Shown: in pieces, positions 29,385 to 38,204 of the stretch
Layout of the letters: each line of letters opens with the position of its first letter
How positions within the stretch are numbered: position 1 is the stretch's first letter
Origin: Bacteroidia bacterium
Lineage (GTDB): Bacteria > Bacteroidota > Bacteroidia > AKYH767-A > OLB10
Direction of reading: 5' to 3'
Assembly (NCBI GenBank): GCA_020847635.1
Contig: JADLBQ010000026.1
Location: 3,531 to 67,530 of the forward strand
Length of the DNA stretch: 64,000 bases
The notes under the pieces: generated by a model
What the model was told of the DNA's origin: nothing
The model's input: only the letters and a program-made list of their open reading frames with translations
Database searches by the model: none
Program-made: the position numbers and the translations under genes

Positions 29385-29888
29385 ATGTACCGTCAGATTG
29401 CAGTTCTTCTGATTTTAATCCTTCTTTTTTCCTGTAAGAAGTATGAGCAATTTCCGGATGAACCTGTAATAAAATTTAAATCACTTATAAGTTATCCCAA
29501 CCAGAGCGGAGTTGATTCTGCTCTGGTGCTTACAATTACTTTTACTGACGGTGATGGCGACCTGGGACTGCGTTCAGAAGACATTCAGCCTCCTTTTAAC
29601 CCAGGAAGTGAATATTACTATAACCTGTATGCTACCTACTTCATTCTTCAGAATGGAGACTTTGTTCCCTTACCGGTTTCGGCAGTCAACGGATATCGGA
29701 TTCCTTATATCGAAAATAACAGCAGCAACAAAGCAATCAGCGGTGAGATCATTATTAACCTGGAAATTACCGGACTGAATGTAGTTGCACCCGAAGGAAC
29801 CTTCCGCTTTGAAGTGTATGTTTATGACCGTGCTTTGCATCGAAGCAATGTCATTACCACCGATCCTGTTTATCTTAAAAATCAGTAA
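29385..29888 (+). CDS. Hypothetical lipoprotein
   Basis: The 167-aa ORF has a lipobox (LLFSCKK), an acidic DGDGD loop and a beta-rich sequence. Confidence 0.5.
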   Translation: MYRQIAVLLILILLFSCKKYEQFPDEPVIKFKSLISYPNQSGVDSALVLTITFTDGDGDLGLRSEDIQPPFNPGSEYYYNLYATYFILQNGDFVPLPVSAVNGYRIPYIENNSSNKAISGEIIINLEITGLNVVAPEGTFRFEVYVYDRALHRSNVITTDPVYLKNQ

Positions 29889-29890
29889 TC

Positions 29891-30988
29891 TTACTTATTC
29901 ATGATTGCTGCCGAGGGAGCGATTCCGGCCTTGACTGAATCCATCAGGCCACCGGTATGGGAATACCTGAAAATATATCCGCTCTGACCAAAAAATGGTG
30001 AATAACAACCGTATATATCCCCGTTATCCGGGTTTACTCCCAGTCCATACATGGTCTTGCTAATTAAAGGTACTGACGGAAGAGCTGTATCTGTAATATT
30101 CATTACCATTGGTTCACCTTCAAATCCACTGATTCCTTTAAGAAAATAAAGCTTTGAACCCTTTATGGTAAGCTTAAGCGGATGCTCATCCTGGGCCAAC
30201 GATATAATCAGCTCGTAACTGTAATCATCCGGATTAATCCGGTATAAACTACCTGCAATATCATCTGCTGTACCGCCCGTCCAGTCAAGACCAACATCTC
30301 CTCCACAAAGAATCCAGAGTTTACCATTCTCATCTTTTACAATGCTGTTAGGATTTACACCTACTGTTAGTGTAGTAATCACCTGGTCAGTCTGAATGTC
30401 AATAACTGTAACTGTGCTGTCATCACTAAATCCACCACCATTCACAACAAAAAGTTTTCCAGCAGTTGCAGCCATTTGCTCAGGACCATTCTGGTTAACC
30501 GGTATGCTTCCTGTGATTGAATAGCTCCCCAGCGAAACAATTTTTACGGAGTTATCGCCCCAGTCAGATATATAGGCTTTCGAACTACTAACCGGTAAGA
30601 TATATCTAGGGCTTTGAACCCCGGTAATAGTTGCAATCCGTTTAAACGATGCCGGATGAACAACTTCAATCTTTTGTGAATTGTTCACTACAATAAAAAT
30701 CTGGTTCCCGTATCTAAAGGCTGACTGAACTACATCTCCTAATGGTTGATTATTTGCCTTGTTGAATACATCAGCTGTTCGCTCACCGGTTGAAGGATTT
30801 ATAAAATCAACCGATCCGTTACCGTTTCCAAATGCTCCTTCGTTTAAGATCATCATCTGTCCAATATAACCGTTATCATATTCCGTTGGCAGTTCTTCTT
30901 CCGGCTCATCTTTCTTACATGAGGTCATTGTGGATGCAATAAGTAATAAAGCAATTAATTGAATGGATGTTTTCATCTTCTTGTTCAT
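29891..30988 (-). CDS. Surface beta-propeller lipoprotein (YncE/DUF5074-like; BtuG-like candidate B12-capture protein)
   Basis: The 365-aa ORF has a lipobox (ASTMTSCKK) and repeated propeller-blade-like segments. It lies 8 nt downstream of a riboswitch-controlled BtuB-like receptor on the same strand. Confidence 0.6.
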   Translation of the reverse strand: MNKKMKTSIQLIALLLIASTMTSCKKDEPEEELPTEYDNGYIGQMMILNEGAFGNGNGSVDFINPSTGERTADVFNKANNQPLGDVVQSAFRYGNQIFIVVNNSQKIEVVHPASFKRIATITGVQSPRYILPVSSSKAYISDWGDNSVKIVSLGSYSITGSIPVNQNGPEQMAATAGKLFVVNGGGFSDDSTVTVIDIQTDQVITTLTVGVNPNSIVKDENGKLWILCGGDVGLDWTGGTADDIAGSLYRINPDDYSYELIISLAQDEHPLKLTIKGSKLYFLKGISGFEGEPMVMNITDTALPSVPLISKTMYGLGVNPDNGDIYGCYSPFFGQSGYIFRYSHTGGLMDSVKAGIAPSAAIMNK

Positions 30989-30996
30989 TTTATAAT

Positions 30997-32883
30997 TTAT
31001 TTATGGTTAAAATTAATTTTGACTCCAGCTAACAGGCTTCTGCCCGCCATTGGATGATAAGGAATAATCTGATAGGTAAAATCAAACAAATTCCCTACTC
31101 TTAAATAAGGTTGTACCGATATGTTTTTACCTGAAATGTTAAAAGAGACAGCTCCGTAAGCCAGATGGTTAGCCGGTAAATAGTATGAATGGTCAGCAGT
31201 TGTAAACCTCAACCCGGTATAGATATAATAAAACCATAGTGTTAAATCCCGATAAATCAAATTCACAGCAACCGAATAGCTGCTTTCGGGAATATAGATA
31301 AGCTGTTTATGCAGAATATCATTGGCAAGCAACTGGCCGGATGAACGGTTTACGACTTTGGTAAAGTTATATTTGAACTCAGTTTTAAACAAAAATTCCT
31401 TCCATTGTACCGGAATCTTAATTATTGACTCAATTCCTCTCGAATTCACTTTCCTGATATTCTCCGGTGCATACAAGCCGCCACTAACCGGTATCCATTG
31501 TATCCAGTTATCCACACTAATCTGATAAGCAGTTATGGCTGCTTCAGCAAATGCCAGAACATTAAAATCAAATCCGGTTTCTGCTGAGAATGCATGCTCT
31601 GCTTTCAGACCGGGGTTACCTCCCGGATGCCAGAACAAATCATTCCCGGTTGGCAGTTGAACACTCTTTGAGATTGATGCCCTGAGGGTAAAATCCTTCA
31701 TAAGAATTGTGTTAGTACCTGCTGAAAAAGAAACAGGAATGAAGCTGCCATTCCGGCTCATAATCCTGCTGGAGATTGATGATCTGAACTTTTCCCGGTC
31801 AAGACTCCATGCATTCGACAACGACCATTCATCAAAATATTTTCTTCCGTTGTACTCTCTGAAGTTAAATTCATTGTGCGAGTAAACCACCGAAATTCTT
31901 GAGCTTATTTGTCTGCCCAGGCTTATTATAACCGCTCCTTCATTAAACAACATTTTGTTATTATTCTTAGAATAAATTCCCGACAGGCTGTCATCAAAAC
32001 GCTGATGTTCATCCATCCAGGCTGAAGTAATTTGCCAAGACCACCATCCGGCTGATTTCCTCCACCCGATCACTACTCTGAACGAACTGTCTTTTTGTGA
32101 TGACCGGCTTATATTCTGAATCATCATGGGTGGAATATTTCTGTTTGTAAACTGATACCAGGCAGCAAAGTGTAATTCTGAACCGCCATTAACTTGCCAG
32201 CGCGCAGCTGCCTTGGCCGAAAACCTGTTCTCCTGAGCATGTGCCAGTCTTTCTTTTGGATTTCCTGCCTTAGTGTTGTTGATATAGGGAAAATCATTTT
32301 TTGAATTTAAGTAATCAGCACCGGTTGAAACTGCCAGTTTATCACTGCCGGTTACCAGTTCTACTCCGACTTGTCTTCTTCCAAAGCTTGCATCTGCGGC
32401 TCTGACTTTTGCCCTGAGAGCAGTATTAAAGGGTAATCTTTCTTTAAGAATCAAAGCACCACCTGAAGTTGAGGTATGAAATAAGGAGGTAACGCTCCCT
32501 TTATAAAGTGAAATTTCAGTTTCAGGCCCTGCTGTGATTAATGAGAGATCGGTAAGTCCCAGTGAAGCGGTTCGCAGGGGAACCCCCTGCCAGAAAACAG
32601 CGGTATGACGGGCTTCCATGCCGCGGATTGAAGCTGTTGCAATGCCTCCCGCACCATAATCTTTGACAACCAAGGAAGGTGAAAACGGAATCATACTTAG
32701 CGATTCTCCAGCAAACAATTGCTGAACTAATGAGTCAGATGATTCAGCCCTGACTCCCGCTGCAAAAAGTTTCATCCGCCCGGCTGTTATTTCTGCCGTT
32801 TTCAGCCACACTGTATCCTGCTGTGCTTTAACAGCAGCTGATAGCAAAACACATATAAAAAAAAGACCCAGTTGCTTTTTCAT
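30997..32883 (-). CDS. btuB: TonB-dependent receptor, BtuB-like (cobalamin riboswitch-controlled)
   Basis: I preferred the start at the ATG at 32883 (MKKQLGLFFICVLLSAAVKAQ). The ORF has a plug domain (GIATASIRGMEARHTAVFWQGVPL) and a 22-strand-like barrel. A cobalamin riboswitch lies in its 5' leader. Confidence 0.8.
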   Translation of the reverse strand: MKKQLGLFFICVLLSAAVKAQQDTVWLKTAEITAGRMKLFAAGVRAESSDSLVQQLFAGESLSMIPFSPSLVVKDYGAGGIATASIRGMEARHTAVFWQGVPLRTASLGLTDLSLITAGPETEISLYKGSVTSLFHTSTSGGALILKERLPFNTALRAKVRAADASFGRRQVGVELVTGSDKLAVSTGADYLNSKNDFPYINNTKAGNPKERLAHAQENRFSAKAAARWQVNGGSELHFAAWYQFTNRNIPPMMIQNISRSSQKDSSFRVVIGWRKSAGWWSWQITSAWMDEHQRFDDSLSGIYSKNNNKMLFNEGAVIISLGRQISSRISVVYSHNEFNFREYNGRKYFDEWSLSNAWSLDREKFRSSISSRIMSRNGSFIPVSFSAGTNTILMKDFTLRASISKSVQLPTGNDLFWHPGGNPGLKAEHAFSAETGFDFNVLAFAEAAITAYQISVDNWIQWIPVSGGLYAPENIRKVNSRGIESIIKIPVQWKEFLFKTEFKYNFTKVVNRSSGQLLANDILHKQLIYIPESSYSVAVNLIYRDLTLWFYYIYTGLRFTTADHSYYLPANHLAYGAVSFNISGKNISVQPYLRVGNLFDFTYQIIPYHPMAGRSLLAGVKINFNHK

Positions 32884-32972
32884 TACCTGCTTATAACAAT
32901 CGAAGAAAATATGCTGCTGGCAGAAAATAGTCAACCACAAGCCGTCTTTCCTCCGAAGACTTCAATTGATGT

Positions 32973-33138
32973 GGTTACCGGCAGGTCTTCTGACTTGCTT
33001 CCCTTTCGCGCCTTCCCGTCTTACTTCAAACAGTGGCAAGAGGTTGCGAAAGGCTTTGGTGAAGCTTACAGCAGCGGGGACTGTTCAGGATTCTCACCTG
33101 ATTCCCTTTTCATCGTGCTTACGCCCGAACCGTTAACC
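32973..33138 (-). promoter_or_regulatory. Cobalamin (B12) riboswitch aptamer
   Basis: The minus strand reads GGTTAACGG...AAAAGGGAATCAGGTGAGAATCCTGAACAGTCCCCGCTGCTGTAAGC...GCCACTG...GGGAAGGCG...AGTCAGAAGACCTGCCGGTAACC. The conserved core blocks and the B12 box are all present. P1 is formed by GGTTAACGG pairing with CCGGTAACC, with one mismatch. Confidence 0.85.
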
Positions 33139-33285
33139 GACAGCAAATATAACAAATCAGATATTGTTCACTGGCCTCTTCAATTCCCCTGAATTAGTTC
33201 AGGGAATGAAATCATCAAAACCGGTTTCCTGATTAGGATTTAACTCCTGCATAACAATCAGATTTTTAGCATTTCCGGATCGGAA

Positions 33286-33360
33286 TGGTAGCCCCGACAG
33301 GAATCGAACCTGTATCAAAAGTTTAGGAAACTTCTATTCTATCCATTGAACTACGGGGCC
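33286..33360 (-). tRNA. tRNA-Arg (anticodon CCT), with encoded CCA
   Basis: The minus strand reads GGCCCCGTAGTTCAATGGATAGAATAGAAGTTTCCTAAACTTTTGATACAGGTTCGATTCCTGTCGGGGCTACCA. It folds as a cloverleaf with anticodon stem GAAGT/ACTTT and loop TTCCTAA, and T-arm ACAGG-TTCGATT-CCTGT. The first acceptor pair is a G1-U72 wobble. Confidence 0.9.
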
Positions 33361-33420
33361 ATTTAGGCTTTCTGCCAAAATAGAAGCTGACAAAAGTATT
33401 TTAATTCCTGAACAATTTTC

Positions 33421-34299
33421 TCAGATTGAAACCAGCCTGCCGAAAACACCTAATGGCAATTTTTGACCAGTTGAACTCTGAAGATAGATTTCTCCTGTTT
33501 CAAACGGACCTTTACTGAAGTTGCCGAACAAATTTTCAAGAATTAGTGATGAAAAACCCAATGAATAGGTATTCATCATCAAAAAATGCTTTTCTTCAAC
33601 AAGGCTGAACACATGGTTGGTCATTTCCTGAATCATTTCTTCAAGTTTCCATTTCCTGCCATCCGTTCCATGCCCGTAAGCAGGCGGGTCGAGTATTATT
33701 CCATGATAACGTTTTCCGCGTTTTACCTCCCGCTTCACAAAAGTCATAGCATCTTCCACAATCCACCTGATGTTACTCAGTTTACTTAAATCCATATTTT
33801 CTTTTGCCCAGTTCACAACTTGTTTGACTGAATCTAGGTGGGTCACTTCGGCTCCTGCCGAACTTGCTGCCAGGGATGCTGCCCCTGTATAAGCAAACAA
33901 GTTCAGCACCCTTGGCGTATCATTCAGTTTCTGTTTTAATTTTTGAGTTGACGAATAAATAAAATCCCAGTTAACAGCCTGTTCAGGAAAAATACCGGTA
34001 TGCTTGAAGGAGGTTAGCGCCAGCCTGAATGTTAAATCCATACCCGGTTTGTTACGGTAATTAATATACCACCGGTCAGGCATATCTTTTCTTTTTTGCC
34101 AGATTCCTGCTGAACTTGATTTGGCAACAAAACAGGCATGGGCTCTTTTCTCCCATTCGGCTCTGTCCCATTTCCGGTTCCACACAGCCTGGGGCTCAGG
34201 CCGGATCAGAACATAGTGTCCGAAGCGTTCCAGTTTTTCAAACTCCCCGCAATCTATCAACTCATAATCTGCAAAACCGGAGGGTGTTAATAACAGCAT
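33421..34299 (-). CDS. Class I SAM-dependent methyltransferase (RlmI/RlmK-like rRNA methyltransferase family)
   Basis: The 292-aa ORF has a SAM-binding motif (VLNLFAYTGAASLAA) and a catalytic-type motif (IILDPPAYG). Confidence 0.65.
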   Translation of the reverse strand: MLLLTPSGFADYELIDCGEFEKLERFGHYVLIRPEPQAVWNRKWDRAEWEKRAHACFVAKSSSAGIWQKRKDMPDRWYINYRNKPGMDLTFRLALTSFKHTGIFPEQAVNWDFIYSSTQKLKQKLNDTPRVLNLFAYTGAASLAASSAGAEVTHLDSVKQVVNWAKENMDLSKLSNIRWIVEDAMTFVKREVKRGKRYHGIILDPPAYGHGTDGRKWKLEEMIQEMTNHVFSLVEEKHFLMMNTYSLGFSSLILENLFGNFSKGPFETGEIYLQSSTGQKLPLGVFGRLVSI

Positions 34300-34380
34300 T
34301 GTGCAAATGTAGGCGCTCAGAATCTTAATTACAGCAGATAACTTTTCCCTTAATCCAAAGTATAAATCAATAAAAAAGTT

Positions 34381-35043
34381 ATGCCCCGTTTTCTATTTCT
34401 TCATCTTCTTTTTGTGATGTTGTTTTCAACTACAGGTTATACACAAACAGACCCGCTTTCACTTGAGATTAATCATAAAAAAGTAAAACTGAGCTGGCAG
34501 GCCGGTAATGAGGAACATCTCAATTACTATTTTGTGGAACGATCTGAAAATGGCCGTCAATTTGAAACTATTGCTATGTTCAAAGGTGAAAATAAGAATG
34601 AGTATACATGGTATGATAAAGACATTACCTCAGCCGAAGTTTACTACCGGGTGAGGTCAATGTACCTGACACGGGAAACTGCACTGATTGGAGCAGTAGT
34701 TGTTTTCAGATTAAAAGAAAACGAAAAAGAAATCTCAGTATTCCCTGACCTGAAGAGTACATTTAACTTGTATGCAGATTTCTCGACCCTGGCTGCTACA
34801 CCGTCTTCAATTGAGATTACCGATCCCGATGGATTTGTTATGGTAAAGTTTGAGGATATAAATTCATCAGTAACATCCTGTAAACTTATTCTTCCGAACT
34901 TAATGCAAAAGGTAAATTGTGTAGTCAGTTATATGGCTAACGGGAAAATGTTGAAAAACCGGCTGAATATTTATGATGCATCCCTCAATTTTTCGGATAC
35001 GAATTATTCTTCAGTCAGCGGGCAGGCATTCAGTCTCAAATAA
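34381..35043 (+). CDS. Hypothetical secreted protein with an Fn3-like N-terminal region and a possible degenerate T9SS C-terminal-domain-like segment
   Basis: The 220-aa ORF has a signal peptide. The segment ISVFPDLKSTFNLYADF...IEITDPDGFVMVKFED...CVVSYMANGKMLKNRLNIY loosely follows the pattern of type A sorting domains. Confidence 0.4.
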   Translation: MPRFLFLHLLFVMLFSTTGYTQTDPLSLEINHKKVKLSWQAGNEEHLNYYFVERSENGRQFETIAMFKGENKNEYTWYDKDITSAEVYYRVRSMYLTRETALIGAVVVFRLKENEKEISVFPDLKSTFNLYADFSTLAATPSSIEITDPDGFVMVKFEDINSSVTSCKLILPNLMQKVNCVVSYMANGKMLKNRLNIYDASLNFSDTNYSSVSGQAFSLK

Positions 35044-35730
35044 TCAGTTTCTCCGGTCAAATAAAATCCTGCCATCTTCCAGTTCAATAATCCGATGTGT
35101 TCTAGAGGCAAATTCAATATCATGAGTTACGATTAACAAAGTTTGATTAAAAGCTGAAGCCAGGTTACCGAATATCTCAAAAACAATTTCACTGTTGTGC
35201 TTATCAAGGTTTCCTGTTGGTTCATCAGCCATTATAATCAGCGGATCATTTATCAGAGAGCGGGCAATTGCAACCCGCTGCTTCTCACCACCCGATAACT
35301 GATGTGGTTTTTTGTTTGCATGACTTTCCATTCCTAATAGTTTCAGTTTTTCAAAGGCCTTTTGTTCAATTTCGTCAATTTCACGTTCTCCGGCTTTCAA
35401 AGCTGGCAGCATGACATTTCTGAGAACTGAAAATTCGTTCAACAGATAATGAAACTGGAATACAAATCCGATTTTCTTATTTCTGATATAAGCCCGCTCC
35501 TTTTCTGTTTTATCAGAAACTGTTTCACCTTCAATCAGCAACTCGCCCTGGTAATCAGAATCCATTGTAGCCAGAATGTAAAGTAAGGTTGATTTACCAC
35601 TGCCTGACTTTCCTATAACTGAGACAAATTCACCTTTGGTAATTTCAAAACTGATGTTTTTAATAACTTTAAACAAAACAGGGTCATTAAAATATTTAAC
35701 CAGGTTGTGTGTCTTGATAACCGAAGTCAT
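35044..35730 (-). CDS. ABC transporter ATP-binding protein (MacB/LolD-type)
   Basis: The 228-aa ORF has Walker A (GKSGSGKST), the ABC signature ([15 protein letters not shown]) and Walker B ([12 protein letters not shown]). Confidence 0.9.
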   Translation of the reverse strand: MTSVIKTHNLVKYFNDPVLFKVIKNISFEITKGEFVSVIGKSGSGKSTLLYILATMDSDYQGELLIEGETVSDKTEKERAYIRNKKIGFVFQFHYLLNEFSVLRNVMLPALKAGEREIDEIEQKAFEKLKLLGMESHANKKPHQLSGGEKQRVAIARSLINDPLIIMADEPTGNLDKHNSEIVFEIFGNLASAFNQTLLIVTHDIEFASRTHRIIELEDGRILFDRRN

Positions 35731-35732
35731 TT

Positions 35733-36992
35733 CTATTTTCCTCTGATGATAATAACCGGGTCAACCCGGCTTGCTTTACGTGCCGGAAAAAAACCTGCCA
35801 GGTAAGTTGTTACAATTGAAAAACTAATAGCAATAAGATAAAAGAACGGATTGTAGTTGACCGGATAGGTGGTTATTGTTGGAAGTGCCTGAGTTTCGAA
35901 TGGAATTATATCAATGACAGCTGATAAAACATATCCGATTATTAATCCAGCCACCCCACCAAAGAACCCGATAAAGAGTGCTATCCCGATAAAAATCCAT
36001 TTAATATCCTTACCTGTAAATCCGGTTGCCTTCAGAATTGCAATCGTATCCATCTTTTCATAAATCATCATATTTAAAATATTATAAATCCCAAAGCCGG
36101 CAACAACCAGCAGTGTTATTCCAACAGAATAAGAAATCAGCGTTCGGACAAATGTTCCGGTTTCAAACTGCGAATTGGCAGCTTGAATATCCACAGCCTG
36201 AATTCCATAAATCTTTTTGAACTCGGCAGCCAATGTGGGTGCCTGTTTGATGTTGAACAATTTTATCTGCAGATCAGTAATGTAGTCTGATGCTACTTCA
36301 GCAATCTTCTGAGCTGTGGTCAAGGATGTGAAACTGTTTACTTTATCATAGTCAGCTAATCCTGACTGAAAAAAGCCAACAACCTTAAGCTGAACTTTGT
36401 TTCCCCGTGCAGTAGTAACCGTAACTACATCTCCAATCTTACTCATCATTATGTCGGCAATACCTTTCCCAAGAATAATTCCATTGGTCGTATTTTTTAG
36501 GGCTTCAGAACTCCCTGTTGTAATATAATCATCAAGAAAAAAAAGCCGGTTCTCTTCCACGGGATCCACTCCATTAATGATCCCGGTCAGATCCACTGAG
36601 CCTACATTATAGAAAACCTGTTCGCTCAATTTCGGTGCAACTCCCATTACCCGGTTATCCTGCCTGAGTGACTGAATAATGGCAAGGCTGTTTCGGATCC
36701 GTGAAAAATCCTTTTTTGGTTTAACCGAATGGATGAAATGATAATTTTCAGTCGAAGGCTTATAAAGTGAAACCGGCTGCTGATCGTTGGGCTTAATTTC
36801 ATTATACAGGCGGACATGTGGAGTCCGGTTTACGATCAGACTGTCAAGAATATTATTCAGTCCGGTCATAAAACTTAAAAGTGCAATAAACATAGTAATG
36901 CTGAAGGTAACTCCAATGGCAGCAACAACGGTTTGACCTAAACGGGCCATTAATAAAGAGCGGGAAATACCGGCAATTAACCTGTAGTTCAT
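35733..36992 (-). CDS. ABC transporter permease (MacB periplasmic domain + FtsX)
   Basis: The 419-aa ORF has an N-terminal TM, a large periplasmic domain and a C-terminal FtsX three-helix bundle. It overlaps the adaptor gene by 4 nt. Confidence 0.85.
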   Translation of the reverse strand: MNYRLIAGISRSLLMARLGQTVVAAIGVTFSITMFIALLSFMTGLNNILDSLIVNRTPHVRLYNEIKPNDQQPVSLYKPSTENYHFIHSVKPKKDFSRIRNSLAIIQSLRQDNRVMGVAPKLSEQVFYNVGSVDLTGIINGVDPVEENRLFFLDDYITTGSSEALKNTTNGIILGKGIADIMMSKIGDVVTVTTARGNKVQLKVVGFFQSGLADYDKVNSFTSLTTAQKIAEVASDYITDLQIKLFNIKQAPTLAAEFKKIYGIQAVDIQAANSQFETGTFVRTLISYSVGITLLVVAGFGIYNILNMMIYEKMDTIAILKATGFTGKDIKWIFIGIALFIGFFGGVAGLIIGYVLSAVIDIIPFETQALPTITTYPVNYNPFFYLIAISFSIVTTYLAGFFPARKASRVDPVIIIRGK

Positions 36993-38071
36993 TGGATCGG
37001 TTCTTTTACTTCATCTGCAGAGTCAAGTCCCGACAGGATTTCAATGTATTGATAGTCTGAAAGTCCGGTTTTAACAATAACCTGATCACCATTCCGTTTC
37101 CAAACGACCGAATCATTAACAACATAATTACGCGGCAGCAACAGTGCATTTTGCTTTTCCCCGATCACAATATTTGCTTCAAGTGAAATATTTGGAAACA
37201 ACTGAATGGTATGATCTGAAAAAACAGCTTCCACAATAAATGCTTTTGAACGTTCATCCATGAAAGGCAAAATTCTGGTAACTCTTGCTTCAAACACTTT
37301 TCCCTTATAAGCATCCATCGTAACAAGCACTTTCTGGCCTGGTTTAATCCTGGAAATATCATTTTCATCAACTTTCAATTCAATAATAAACTCAACAGCT
37401 GAACCAACAACAGCCAGGGGATTCTGAGGTGAAACCAGTTCTCCCATTGATTTATAGATAAAATATACCTTTCCGGAAATCTTGCTTTTGAGTATATAAC
37501 CACCACCCAGTGAAGCGGCAATTCCAATATTATTCGATGCCTGTTTTGAAGCAATGGTCAGTTGTTTTTCTAAATCTTTAAATCTGTTTCTTGCAGTTAC
37601 CCACGCTGTTTTTGAACTCTCATAACTCAGTTCACGATGCTCCAGTTCTGCTTTGCTGCCTACCTGCTGCTGCCACAATGACTGTTGCCTGAGATAAAGC
37701 AGGGAATCATTCTGCATCTTCTGAAATGCTAGTTCACTCTGAAGTTTTGCATCTTCCAGTTTCCTGGAATTTGAAGAAATATCGGTCAGTGAAGCTGCCA
37801 GTTCTGCATTTTTCATGGAAAGTTGCTGCATCTCAGTTGAAATAAAAAACAGTGGGCTTCCCTTTTCTATCATTTCATTTTCGGTTACAAAAACCTTACT
37901 GATGGTTCCTGCCACTTCTGAAAACACCTGATACTGATCTTTGCTTTTAATGATTCCTGATGCATAAACTGATTCTGTAACCCCGGTTCGTACAGGCTTA
38001 ATAACATGTTGATTCCGGTTGCAAGACAGGCATATCACGGCAACACTTAGTAAAATAAACCCGGTTCTCAT
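36989..38071 (-). CDS. Efflux transporter periplasmic adaptor subunit (HlyD/MacA family)
   Basis: I preferred the start MRTGFILLSVAVICLSC (a lipobox) at 38071 over the ORF-track start at 38122. The ORF has a coiled-coil hairpin region and beta-barrel blocks. Confidence 0.8.
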   Translation of the reverse strand: MRTGFILLSVAVICLSCNRNQHVIKPVRTGVTESVYASGIIKSKDQYQVFSEVAGTISKVFVTENEMIEKGSPLFFISTEMQQLSMKNAELAASLTDISSNSRKLEDAKLQSELAFQKMQNDSLLYLRQQSLWQQQVGSKAELEHRELSYESSKTAWVTARNRFKDLEKQLTIASKQASNNIGIAASLGGGYILKSKISGKVYFIYKSMGELVSPQNPLAVVGSAVEFIIELKVDENDISRIKPGQKVLVTMDAYKGKVFEARVTRILPFMDERSKAFIVEAVFSDHTIQLFPNISLEANIVIGEKQNALLLPRNYVVNDSVVWKRNGDQVIVKTGLSDYQYIEILSGLDSADEVKEPIQ

Positions 38072-38173
38072 GTAATTGCAAAAGTAAACCTCTTTAGACT
38101 TAACTCTTAAGTAACACACCACTCAACGTTTAGCAGATCATCCAGGCAAAAGACTTTCCTTATCTTAACTCCT

Positions 38174-38181
38174 TACATTTG
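38174..38181 (+). promoter_or_regulatory. -7 promoter box TACATTTG upstream of ileS
   Basis: The sequence matches TAnnTTTG exactly and lies 23 nt before the ileS ATG. Confidence 0.4.
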
Positions 38182-38204
38182 CCGCCCTTTATTTTAAGAT
38201 TGTC

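Noticed and set aside
32872-33192. A 106-aa plus-strand ORF between the btuB-like gene and the tRNA
   Set aside because: It lies exactly antisense to a complete cobalamin riboswitch and to the btuB leader. Its sequence has no protein-like features, and the RNA element explains the conservation-type signal.
33187-33204. A hairpin (8-bp stem TCCCTGAA/TTCAGGGA on the minus strand, 4-nt loop) between the tRNA-Arg and the riboswitch, considered as a terminator
   Set aside because: No U tract follows it, and it lies about 80 nt past the tRNA 3' end. It may act as an insulator or terminator, but the support is too weak to list as a feature.
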